Shown here: positions 30,013 to 37,583 of the stretch, piece after piece
Layout: each line of letters begins with the position of its first letter
Position numbering within the stretch: position 1 is the stretch's first letter
Origin: a virus
IMG/VR virus record: IMGVR_UViG_3300027974_000008
DNA: 37,583 nt
Reading direction: 5' to 3' (one strand)
Program-made: the position numbers and the translations under genes
The notes under the pieces: generated by a model
The model's input: the letters and a program-made list of their open reading frames with translations, nothing else
What the model was told of the DNA's origin: nothing
Database searches by the model: none

Positions 30013-30631
30013 ATGCAACAACCTCCTGCTTCCTATCCCAACAAGCGCGGCAGGTAAGGCACTTGTTCCCCTGTTCCGCACTTGGGCAAGTTTTCCCGCT
30101 TGTGACTACAGTTGAAACTTGCACACCCAAACGGCGAGCCAATGGCAACGGCGCAATGCCGTCTATCATATGCGCGGAAAGGCGAATGGTAAGATTCGCA
30201 GGCACTTTCCCGCCGTTATTGATGAACGATTGAAGGATTCCCGCTTCTCTTGTGGGTAACCAATGGCGCACGTTGGGGGTGCGTTCGCATACTTCGACTA
30301 TCTTTTTAAGATGATTCTGATTTTGGATGTCTCCAGAATCGTGCCATCTGAAGAACGAATTACCCTCAGCTTCTATAAGGTAAACTATGCTATCCACCCA
30401 ATCTGAACGGCGCAATGAGCGCAAACGGCGAGCCAAGGCATTGCGCACTGCGGGGTAATTATAATTCCCTTTCATCGCGTAGCACTTGCTACACACCGAA
30501 CCCTCAACCTTTCTCAGCTTCCCGCCTACCTTACAAAGGCTCGCGGGAATTGAGTAGGCGGGACAAGGCATTTTGGAAGGGCGAGAGAATCCACCTCCCG
30601 TTGACGTTGTAGCATGTTCGAATGTCATCAT
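29999..30631 (-). CDS. Cys-rich protein, GP88-family-like (function unknown)
   Basis: Track ORF 29999-30652. ATG at 30631 forms an ATGA overlap. There are two 4-Cys groups (CPAYSIPASLC...CSKCYA and CPSAEQGNKCLTCRAC) and an FRWHDSGD motif. The family name is from memory. Confidence 0.5.
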   Translation of the reverse strand: MMTFEHATTSTGGGFSRPSKMPCPAYSIPASLCKVGGKLRKVEGSVCSKCYAMKGNYNYPAVRNALARRLRSLRRSDWVDSIVYLIEAEGNSFFRWHDSGDIQNQNHLKKIVEVCERTPNVRHWLPTREAGILQSFINNGGKVPANLTIRLSAHMIDGIAPLPLARRLGVQVSTVVTSGKTCPSAEQGNKCLTCRACWDRKQEVVAYGKH

Positions 30632-30864
30632 TTTGTATTCTCCTGTATCCAATTAATAATTTTTGACGCATAGTAAGAAGTAGTTAAGCCGTTTAAAAAC
30701 ATCTCAATATTAAAAAAGTCCAACGGCCAACGGAAAACGCGAATTTCAATAGTCTCTTTTTGCATAGTCGCGTTCCTAATTCTTACTACTGTTTTATCTT
30801 CTGAAACTATCGACTGGATAATTCCACCCGTGCAATACTCGCCAAGTTTAAACGTTTTTTTCAT
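30628..30864 (-). CDS. Hypothetical protein (78 aa)
   Basis: Strong RBS (aaaaggagaacacactATG on the minus strand). Confidence 0.55.
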   Translation of the reverse strand: MKKTFKLGEYCTGGIIQSIVSEDKTVVRIRNATMQKETIEIRVFRWPLDFFNIEMFLNGLTTSYYASKIINWIQENTK

Positions 30865-30888
30865 AGTGTGTTCTCCTTTTTCTTTTGT

Positions 30889-30969
30889 TTAGTTTTTACC
30901 AAAATACCCAATCGCCATAAATAGAACGCATGGCGAGAGGAATAGGATCGCTAGCGTAAGGTCAATCAT
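30889..30969 (-). CDS. Possible 26-aa membrane peptide
   Basis: MIDLTLAILFLSPCVLFMAIGYFGKN*. It has an ATGA overlap with the upstream stop. Confidence 0.3.
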   Translation of the reverse strand: MIDLTLAILFLSPCVLFMAIGYFGKN

Positions 30970-31154
30970 TTTGATAACGCCTTTAACGCGACTGATCGAA
31001 CCGATAAAAGCAGATCAATCGGGTCAACATTGCAATATCCAATTTTCAATTCTGGCTTTGTGATTCTTTCAATCGACTTGAGCGCAGATAGAAGTTTTTT
31101 AATGGTGCAAGCGTCTTGAACCGCGCTCGCTTCGGTGTGTGTTGTGTTATTCAT
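30966..31154 (-). CDS. Hypothetical protein (62 aa), first gene of the minus-strand cluster
   Basis: Track ORF with no obvious Shine-Dalgarno sequence. It is divergent from terS. Confidence 0.45.
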   Translation of the reverse strand: MNNTTHTEASAVQDACTIKKLLSALKSIERITKPELKIGYCNVDPIDLLLSVRSVALKALSK

Positions 31155-31228
31155 AAAAGCAAAGTAATACCATCGGACTGAATAAGCAATACTTTCTTTT
31201 CACTTTAGATAAGGTATAAGGGTGACTT

Positions 31229-31903
31229 ATGGATGAAATTAGCGCATCTCCAGGCGCAATAGAAAAAGCCAAAAACGGGCGCGAGATATTTACCGACAAA
31301 ATCGCGGATGAAATAGTGGCAGCTTGTGGGAGTGGATTCACGCTCGAAAAAGCGGGCGCGCTTGTGGGTGTCAATCCTTCCACAATTAGAACGTGGGCGC
31401 AGCGCAAACCAGAATTCGGCAAGAGAGTCGAGACAGCCCGCAAAAAGCATGAGCTGTCTCTTCTGAAGGACATACAACTTGCGGGCGAGAAGTCATGGCA
31501 GGCCAAGGCGTGGATTCTGGAGCGTGGATACAATTGGGCGCAACCCTCTGCCCGCTTGCAAGTTGCGCAGGATGTCACCCACAATATAGGCGGAAACTTG
31601 GCGCAGCTTCTCGCGGGGATTGCGGGCAGAAAGAAAAATACGGCGAGTGCGGAAAAGCGACAAATTGAAAGCGGTCATAACTACATTGATATTCAACCAG
31701 TTACTACCAAACCAAAAAATGATTTGTCGAATAATAAGTATTGTATCAACAAGAGCAACATTGTTGAGCAACAACAAGATGCACTACCAAAAACTCCTAA
31801 GCTTCGACACAAGCAAATGAGACGAAGAAAGCCTAGAGCAGAATCCCTTGCAAAGTATCCGCCTACCACGACACCACCTGCCACTCCCCCAGCCCCCATT
31901 TAA
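31229..31903 (+). CDS. terS: Terminase small subunit (HTH-type)
   Basis: 224 aa immediately upstream of terL. FTLEKAGALVGVNPSTIRTWAQRKPEFGKRVETARKK is the typical N-terminal HTH of small terminase / DNA-packaging proteins. Confidence 0.65.
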   Translation: MDEISASPGAIEKAKNGREIFTDKIADEIVAACGSGFTLEKAGALVGVNPSTIRTWAQRKPEFGKRVETARKKHELSLLKDIQLAGEKSWQAKAWILERGYNWAQPSARLQVAQDVTHNIGGNLAQLLAGIAGRKKNTASAEKRQIESGHNYIDIQPVTTKPKNDLSNNKYCINKSNIVEQQQDALPKTPKLRHKQMRRRKPRAESLAKYPPTTTPPATPPAPI

Positions 31904-31964
31904 TACACATATACCCCCCCAAATTATTGTGACTCAAAACAAAAAGAGGTCTTAACTTACACCC

Positions 31965-33389
31965 ATGCCAAAGCCTCCCAAACGCACGCAAGAGGAGATA
32001 CTTGAAGACCTCTCTAAACCATCTGCATTCGCATCTAATGTCTTGGGCATCAATCTTTATGATTGGCAAAGGAAGGTATTGCGCGATTTAGAGCCTAGAG
32101 ACTGTCGCGTAGCTCTGCGTGCAGCCAACGGCTCTGGCAAGACCAGCACCGTCATTTCGGCTATTTTGATATGGCACGCGCTCGTTTACCCGCGCTCAAT
32201 AGCTGTAACAACGGCAGGCGTTTTCCGCCAGGTCGAAAGCCAACTCTGGCCTAGCCTGCGCAATCACATTGCCAAGCTTGGTGGGGCTTGGGAGGTAACA
32301 TCTGGCGAGATCCGCTACCTACACCCTAACGGCAACACATCACGCATTATAGGCTACTCAGCGACTGATCCTGGGCGTGCTGAAGGCTGGCATGCAGAGG
32401 ACCACGAATACCATCCATTGCTGATGGTAGTGGACGAAGCCAAGACCGTAGCCGACCCGCTGTTTGAGGCCATCAGCCGATGTCAACCAACCCGCTTGTT
32501 AATCGCATCCAGCCCAGGCGGGACTAGCGGTGCGTTCTATCGAGCGTTTACCAAGGAAGCGAATATGTGGTCAAAGCACGCAGTCACAGCGTTTGACTGC
32601 CCACACATCACGCAGACTCAGATTGATGAGGTAGTCCAGCGATACGGCGAAAAGCACCCGCTGACCCGATCTATGATCTACGGAGAGTTTGTGGACATAG
32701 GGCTAGAAAGCCTAGTTATCAACCTAACCCAGCTACAGAACTGCTACAACACGCCACCAAGATTCAAGCCAGGTGTACGCATAGCAGGCGTGGACTTTGC
32801 AGCGGGTGGCGATCAGAACGTCATCTGTATAAGTGACGGCAACAAGATCCTTCCTATGATCGCATGGCGTGAGAAAGACACGATGGCAGCCGTTGGAAGG
32901 TTTATAGTCGAGCTTAAGAAAGCTGGGCTGGAAGCAAACAACATCTACGCTGACGCAAGCGGAATGGGGATGGTTATGTGCGATGCCTTGGCTGAGTCTG
33001 GCTGGGTAGTCAATCGCGTGAACTTTGGGGCTACTGCCTACGACAACAACGCCTACACCAATCGGTCTGCTGAGATGTGGTATGGGATGGCAAAGAAGAT
33101 TGAGGATGCCGAGATCATACTGCCAGAGGATGAGGACTTGACCGCGCAGTTGACTTGCAGGCGCACAATCACGAACAGCAAGGGCAAGCTTGGCGTGGAG
33201 TCTAAGGATTCAATGCGCGCCAGAGGCATAGCCTCACCCGATAGGGCTGACGCACTGGCCTTGTGCCTCAGTAGCTCAAATGTCGGTCTTGACTTGACAT
33301 TTCAGATAGAGCGTCCAACTTGGAAGTCACTTCAAGAAATGATGGTATCCCACGATCCCGTCATGGCTGGATTTGACCCAGGAGGATAA
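31965..33389 (+). CDS. terL: Terminase large subunit
   Basis: 474 aa. It has Walker A (RAANGSGKTS), Walker B (LLMVVDEAK) and C-terminal nuclease acidic motifs (AGVDFAAGGDQNV, IYADASGMG, SPDRADAL). Confidence 0.9.
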   Translation: MPKPPKRTQEEILEDLSKPSAFASNVLGINLYDWQRKVLRDLEPRDCRVALRAANGSGKTSTVISAILIWHALVYPRSIAVTTAGVFRQVESQLWPSLRNHIAKLGGAWEVTSGEIRYLHPNGNTSRIIGYSATDPGRAEGWHAEDHEYHPLLMVVDEAKTVADPLFEAISRCQPTRLLIASSPGGTSGAFYRAFTKEANMWSKHAVTAFDCPHITQTQIDEVVQRYGEKHPLTRSMIYGEFVDIGLESLVINLTQLQNCYNTPPRFKPGVRIAGVDFAAGGDQNVICISDGNKILPMIAWREKDTMAAVGRFIVELKKAGLEANNIYADASGMGMVMCDALAESGWVVNRVNFGATAYDNNAYTNRSAEMWYGMAKKIEDAEIILPEDEDLTAQLTCRRTITNSKGKLGVESKDSMRARGIASPDRADALALCLSSSNVGLDLTFQIERPTWKSLQEMMVSHDPVMAGFDPGG

Positions 33390-33394
33390 ACACT

Positions 33395-33565
33395 ATGAAT
33401 ATCTGGAATTGGATTACTTCAAATTGGCAAGAGATCGTAGCCGCTGTTGGCGGCATCGTTCTCGCTGCTCGCATCATTGTTAAACTCACACCGACCCCAG
33501 CGGATGATTCGATCTTGGAAAAGATCGTAAACTTCCTAAAGACAGTCGGGTTAAATATTAAATAA
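33395..33565 (+). CDS. Small single-TM membrane protein (56 aa), holin candidate
   Basis: Not in the track. GGAGGA lies 8 nt upstream. MNIWNWITSNWQEIVAAVGGIVLAARIIVKLTPTPADDSILEKIVNFLKTVGLNIK*. Confidence 0.5.
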   Translation: MNIWNWITSNWQEIVAAVGGIVLAARIIVKLTPTPADDSILEKIVNFLKTVGLNIK

Positions 33566-33572
33566 TTTATTT

Positions 33573-33761
33573 GTGCTGCGTGCAATCCTTGAGATCATCG
33601 CAGCCGTGTTTCGCATCATTCCAGGTTGGAAGGAAAAGCGGACACAAAACCTTGAAAACGATTGGCGCAAGAATCGCAAAGCTATTGACAGCGATTTGCC
33701 TGGTGAGTCTTGGTGGTTGCGCAACAACGACACCAGTAACCCAGACAACGGGGGCAGTTGA
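33573..33761 (+). CDS. Small N-terminally anchored membrane protein (62 aa), i-spanin-like candidate
   Basis: GTG start. It has a hydrophobic N-terminus (LRAILEIIAAVFRIIPGW) and then a charged segment. It overlaps the lipoprotein ORF, which lies in the +1 frame. Confidence 0.35.
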   Translation: MLRAILEIIAAVFRIIPGWKEKRTQNLENDWRKNRKAIDSDLPGESWWLRNNDTSNPDNGGS

Positions 33762-33891
33762 GTCTTTAATGCGAGATGAAAACTATTCTTCTATCCGTAC
33801 TGCTGATCCAAAAGTTCGCGCTTGGGCAAAGCGTGCTTTGCATTACGTCAACGATCTGTCATTTGAATTGAGCAGAGAAAGACAAAAATGA
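33652..33891 (+). CDS. Lipoprotein (o-spanin-like or exclusion lipoprotein candidate)
   Basis: Track ORF 33571-33891. TTG at 33652 gives MKTIGARIAKLLTAICLVSLGGC..., a textbook lipoprotein signal with an L-G-G-C lipobox. Its stop overlaps the portal ATG. Confidence 0.45.
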   Translation: MKTIGARIAKLLTAICLVSLGGCATTTPVTQTTGAVESLMRDENYSSIRTADPKVRAWAKRALHYVNDLSFELSRERQK

Positions 33892-35768
33892 ACGCTAAAG
33901 ATACACGCCGTACAGATTATTACACAAGGATCATTGACGCACTTAACCAGCGCGAAACTTGGGAAAACCGCCAGCGGTTGTTCTATCAAGCTCGCTACTT
34001 TGGCGTACGCCGTAAGGTCAAGCCTTGGCCTACAGCAGCTGATTTGCACGTTCAACTAATTGACACGGCGATTGAGAAGCTAAAGCCTTCATTCGTCAAC
34101 AGCGCGATTGGCAACGACATCCTTTCCAGCTTCGTACCGATGCGCCAGCAGTTGACTCCGCTTACTGTATCAGCCGAGCGTTGGTTTGATTACAATATGC
34201 GCGAGCGTACCAACTTCCAGAAAGAGATTGTTTCCGTAATTGACAACTTGCTTCTCTATGGGCGTGGCGTGTCAAAGGTAATTTGGAACGAGGACAAGAA
34301 GCGCATTGAGTTTGAGGCAATTGATCCTTTCCACATCATCGTTCCTTCCTATACCAAGGAGTTCAAAGATGCAGATTTCATCGTTCACATCATCTCAACG
34401 AGTGTCGATTCCTATAAGGCAAATCCCTTGTACAAACAGGATGAGGACTTTATCAAAACAATTTCGGGTAAACCATCCAAATCGGTGGGCTTACGAAGTG
34501 AGATTCAAGACGAGATTTATAGACGTGAGGGAATTACTCAAGAAGCTGAGAATGATCGCATCATTCTTTGGGAGATGTACACACCTTCTGAAGACGGATG
34601 GAAAGTCGAGACGTACAGTCCGCTTGTCGTAACTGAAGATGTCCGCAAACCTTTCACATTACCCTATCGTCATGGTGAACCACCTTTCGTAGATTTCCCC
34701 TATGAGGTCACAGGGGGCGGTTGGTACAGTCCGAGAGGCGTAGCAGAGATCCTGCTCCCTAATGAGAATCTGCTAAATAAGCTCAAGAACTCCCTCTCCG
34801 ATTACGTTGAACTGGCCAACCGACCCGTTTTCGAAGCACAGAATCCTATCTCGCTAAACACATCGAACCTGAAGATGCAACCTGGGCAGATCCTGCCACA
34901 AGGTTTGAAACCAGTTCAGTTTAGCCAACCTCCATTCGACTTCCAGAAATTGATGCTTGAAGAGCGTCTGCTTTCTGAACAGCGGATGGGCAATCCAGAC
35001 TTTGGTTCTGGCTCTCAGTTCCAGGTGTCGGATCGCAAGACTGCTACCGAGATTCAAGCGTTGCAGTCGCAGGCAGCAGCGTCTGGCGATTTACGCAATC
35101 GTATGTTTAGGATGGGTTTAGCCCATCTCTTTAAACAGTGTTGGTCGCTTTACACGCAGTACAACAAGAAAGACTTAATGTATCGCTATGCTGAAGAAAC
35201 TGGCACGATGCCACCCGAAGGTATCCACGATGAGTATTCCATTGAGCCAAAGGGTGGACTTGACTTCATCAACCGCCAGTTTGCGTTGCAGAAGTCTGTG
35301 GCGCGAATGCAGATGTTCCAAAATAATCCTTTTGTCAATCAAGGCGAACTGGTAAAGTCAGTGCTTGAACAAGACGATCCATCGCTGGTCCGCAGACTCT
35401 TCCAAGATCCGAACGCAGCCTCTGGCGATCAAGCTGAAGATCAAGCGACTGAAATTGCGACTATGCTTGCAACTGGATTCCCAGTCGCAATCAAGCCTAG
35501 CGATGACCACAAAGCGCATATATCCGTTCTCTTCGCGTTTAACCAAGCGGCTCAAGCAAGGCAACAGCAGGTCGATCAGAGTGCAATGCAAGTTCTGATG
35601 GCACATTTACAACAGCACTTGGCAGCCTTGGAACAGGTTGACCCCAATACATCCCGCGCTATCCAGAAACAGCTTCGTGATGCAGGTAAGGCTCAAATGC
35701 AACAGCAGGGGCAACAATTGCCTCCAGAAGCAATGCAAGGCCAAGCACCAGCACCGATGGCGGGTTGA
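33888..35768 (+). CDS. Portal protein
   Basis: 626 aa, between terL and scaffold/capsid, with a Gln-rich C-terminal tail. The call rests on size and synteny. Confidence 0.75.
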   Translation: MNAKDTRRTDYYTRIIDALNQRETWENRQRLFYQARYFGVRRKVKPWPTAADLHVQLIDTAIEKLKPSFVNSAIGNDILSSFVPMRQQLTPLTVSAERWFDYNMRERTNFQKEIVSVIDNLLLYGRGVSKVIWNEDKKRIEFEAIDPFHIIVPSYTKEFKDADFIVHIISTSVDSYKANPLYKQDEDFIKTISGKPSKSVGLRSEIQDEIYRREGITQEAENDRIILWEMYTPSEDGWKVETYSPLVVTEDVRKPFTLPYRHGEPPFVDFPYEVTGGGWYSPRGVAEILLPNENLLNKLKNSLSDYVELANRPVFEAQNPISLNTSNLKMQPGQILPQGLKPVQFSQPPFDFQKLMLEERLLSEQRMGNPDFGSGSQFQVSDRKTATEIQALQSQAAASGDLRNRMFRMGLAHLFKQCWSLYTQYNKKDLMYRYAEETGTMPPEGIHDEYSIEPKGGLDFINRQFALQKSVARMQMFQNNPFVNQGELVKSVLEQDDPSLVRRLFQDPNAASGDQAEDQATEIATMLATGFPVAIKPSDDHKAHISVLFAFNQAAQARQQQVDQSAMQVLMAHLQQHLAALEQVDPNTSRAIQKQLRDAGKAQMQQQGQQLPPEAMQGQAPAPMAG

Positions 35769-36295
35769 AAGTACCAGTAATGCGGGATGCCTTCCAAGCG
35801 GAAGGCTTAAAACATCTCTGTCAGTGGGCTAACGAACAAGGTGCAACTGGTAAGGCAATTGAGATTGGCGCGTATAGTGGCGAGGGAACAGTAGTCATAG
35901 CCAATCATTTTAAGGAAGTTTTAGCAGTAGATCCGTGGCTTAATGGTTACGATATTAACGATAGGGCAAGCCAGCAATGCCCGATGAAGTTTGTCTTTGA
36001 GGCATTCGAAGAACGCACAACCCCACTTGGCAATGTTCTATACAGCAGAGGTAAAAGCCTAGACGCGCTCCAATTCTTCAAGGATGGTGAACTAGACCTA
36101 ATTTACATAGACGGAGATCACCGCTACGAAGGCGTGCTGGCAGACTTAAATGGGTGGAGGTCCAAGCTTCGGGCTGGCGGGATAATGGCTGGACATGATT
36201 GGAGTTTTAAGTCTGTGCAACAGGCATTGGTTGAGGTATTTAAGGACAAAGAAGCAGTCCTATTTCAAGGCGATTCCTGGGCAATAAAACTATGA
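35765..36295 (+). CDS. Class I SAM-dependent methyltransferase (Methyltransf_24/CmcI-like)
   Basis: 176 aa. It has the motif I-like AIEIGAYSGEGT, plus DLIYIDGDHRYEGVLADL and GGIMAGHDW, typical of this small methyltransferase class. Confidence 0.65.
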   Translation: MKVPVMRDAFQAEGLKHLCQWANEQGATGKAIEIGAYSGEGTVVIANHFKEVLAVDPWLNGYDINDRASQQCPMKFVFEAFEERTTPLGNVLYSRGKSLDALQFFKDGELDLIYIDGDHRYEGVLADLNGWRSKLRAGGIMAGHDWSFKSVQQALVEVFKDKEAVLFQGDSWAIKL

Positions 36296-36615
36296 GAAAA
36301 CTAAAAGCAGCATTGGCGTTTATCAGAGATCAAGAATGGGTCAACGAACCCAAGTGGGAAGATGAGGACGAGAAGGCGTGGACAGGCTTTTTGTCAACCC
36401 CAACGGGACAGAAGCTAAGTCTTATTTTGCTTAACCTAACCCTGCGTCAAAACGCCTCTGCGGTAATGAAGAAACCAGAGGAACTTGCAGACGCTTGTGG
36501 ACGTGCTAAAGGGTTTAGAGGATGTGTAGCGACCTTAGAATCGCTCGCATCCCAAAAACTTAACTCCGCCATCCCAGGCTATGGGGATGGATCGGATGAA
36601 CCAGTAGCCGACTAA
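36292..36615 (+). CDS. Hypothetical protein
   Basis: 107 aa, ATGA-coupled to the methyltransferase gene. Confidence 0.5.
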   Translation: MRKLKAALAFIRDQEWVNEPKWEDEDEKAWTGFLSTPTGQKLSLILLNLTLRQNASAVMKKPEELADACGRAKGFRGCVATLESLASQKLNSAIPGYGDGSDEPVAD

Positions 36616-36663
36616 CCTTTAGGTAGAATGACTCCCTACCGAAAAGTGTAAGAAAGGGTCAAA

Positions 36664-37583
36664 ATGGCGGATTCAAACAACCTAACTGAAGCGGATGTAT
36701 TGGCGATGGCGCAAGCGGCTGACGAAGGACGGGATTTCACTCCCACTCCTAAGGAAGACGAAAAAGCCAAAGTAGAAACAGAAGCTACAGAAAAGGCCAG
36801 CGGAGATAACGAGCAGACACCCGCGCCTGCTGATAAAGCCGAACAAACAAAACTCGAAGCCTCGGATGAGGTTTCGTCTACCAAGGAGAAATCCAAGGAA
36901 GATACAAGTTCTTTAACAACGCAATCTTCAGAAGACAAGTCGGAGTCGGCTTCCGAAAAGAAGCCTACCCGTTACGAGAAGGCAAAGTCGCGACTTGAGA
37001 AGGAGTGGGAAGATGTCCGAGCCGAGAAAGCCAGAATCAAAGCAGAGCGTGAGCAGATCGAAGCTGAAAGGGCAAGGAAGACTTCAGAAACTCCTCAAGG
37101 CGAGACAAAGTCGGGAAGTCGCAAGTTTAGCGCGGAAGATTACAGGGAAGCAGCAAAGAGCTACCGTGATGAAGGCCGTGACGATCTTGCAAAACTTGCC
37201 GAACAAAAAGCTGGTGACATCGAAGTCGAGGATCGGAAAGAAGTCGAGCAAAAAACTCAAGCGGAACTAAAGTCTGCCTGGGATAAAAATTTGCTTGATG
37301 AAGTTGAAGCAAATCCAGAACTTAAAGATTCAACCAGCACATTGTATAAAGCCGTATCGGAAATGTTGCAAAACCACGCAATCCTGCGTAATTACCCAGC
37401 GGGGATCAAGGATGCGGTTGGAATTGCCAAGGTGAAGCTCCAAGCGGAGTCCGCCTCCGATTTGTCGAAAAAGGTTGCAGAGTATGAGAAAGAACTTTCT
37501 CAACTCAGAAAAGCGACTACTCCAGCGTCTGGACAACCCAAAGGTCCTGCCAAGACTAAAGCTTTTCACGAACTAACGCTCGA
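36664..37583 (+). CDS. Scaffolding protein (open at the window end; continues at 3-179)
   Basis: I translated it by hand with no stop through 37583. It is an acidic, Lys/Glu-rich coiled-coil-type sequence (EKEWEDVRAEKARIKAEREQIEAERARK) between portal and capsid. It is absent from the ORF track because no stop falls in the window. Confidence 0.7.
   Translation, partial: MADSNNLTEADVLAMAQAADEGRDFTPTPKEDEKAKVETEATEKASGDNEQTPAPADKAEQTKLEASDEVSSTKEKSKEDTSSLTTQSSEDKSESASEKKPTRYEKAKSRLEKEWEDVRAEKARIKAEREQIEAERARKTSETPQGETKSGSRKFSAEDYREAAKSYRDEGRDDLAKLAEQKAGDIEVEDRKEVEQKTQAELKSAWDKNLLDEVEANPELKDSTSTLYKAVSEMLQNHAILRNYPAGIKDAVGIAKVKLQAESASDLSKKVAEYEKELSQLRKATTPASGQPKGPAKTKAFHELTL
37457..37583. repeat. 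Terminal direct repeat, right copy (127 bp, exact copy of 1-127)
   Basis: Same as the left copy. It implies a circular, circularly permuted or terminally redundant genome of 37,456 unique bp. Confidence 0.97.

Noticed and set aside
31147-31584. 145-aa minus-strand ORF (and 31205-31477) opposite the terS gene
   Set aside because: It is antisense to an ORF with a clear small-terminase HTH signature placed directly upstream of terL. Its Cys/Ser/Ala-rich sequence looks like a shadow frame.
1-37583. Temperate lifestyle or prophage features (integrase, CI/Cro switch, att sites)
   Set aside because: No ORF shows tyrosine or serine recombinase motifs or a repressor-type HTH-peptidase. The terminal repeat is explained by circular assembly rather than att duplication. 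Lifestyle is therefore inferred as lytic, with the caveat that small regulators cannot be excluded.

Overview
This window appears to be one complete tailed-phage genome, podovirus-like, assembled as a circle. Bases 1-127 are repeated exactly at 37457-37583, so the unique length is 37,456 bp. A scaffolding-protein ORF runs off the 3' end and continues in frame at the 5' end.

Layout:
- Plus-strand morphogenesis block: terS, terL, three small membrane or lipoprotein genes, portal, SAM methyltransferase, scaffold, and an HK97-type major capsid protein.
- After the capsid gene: a run of small Ser/Thr/Gly/Ala-rich proteins, two repeat-containing tail fibers, and a fiber chaperone.
- A T7-like gp11-gp16-style series follows: tubular proteins A and B, then internal virion proteins up to 1192 aa. 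It ends in a GH108/PG_binding_3-like muralytic protein.
- Next is a single low-GC minus-strand gene for a secreted protein.
- A plus-strand replication/recombination and accessory block follows. It holds two PD-(D/E)XK nucleases, an Hjc-like resolvase, a DUF669-like protein, a GT8-like glycosyltransferase, a 2OG-Fe(II) oxygenase, a GT9-like glycosyltransferase with a 4-Cys cluster, an AT-rich HNH endonuclease, and a primase-helicase.
- A structured intergenic region and an iteron-like repeat array come next.
- A minus-strand cluster of about 12 very small, translationally coupled genes is a candidate early/host-takeover module.

I found no integrase, repressor module, DNA polymerase, RNA polymerase, tRNA or CRISPR array.

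The most interesting hypotheses, all needing external verification:
1. A hydroxylase, two LPS-type glycosyltransferases and a methyltransferase may modify the unusually Ser/Thr-rich virion proteins, or the host envelope glycan.
2. A same-orientation iteron array at the convergent strand switch may be an origin or operator array.
3. An overlapped spanin-like gene pair sits between terL and portal.
4. Small insertion cassettes and low-GC islands (acidic protein, secreted protein, HNH, fiber tip plus chaperone) point to mosaic acquisition.

Functional calls come from motifs I recognise by eye and from synteny. No database search was possible.
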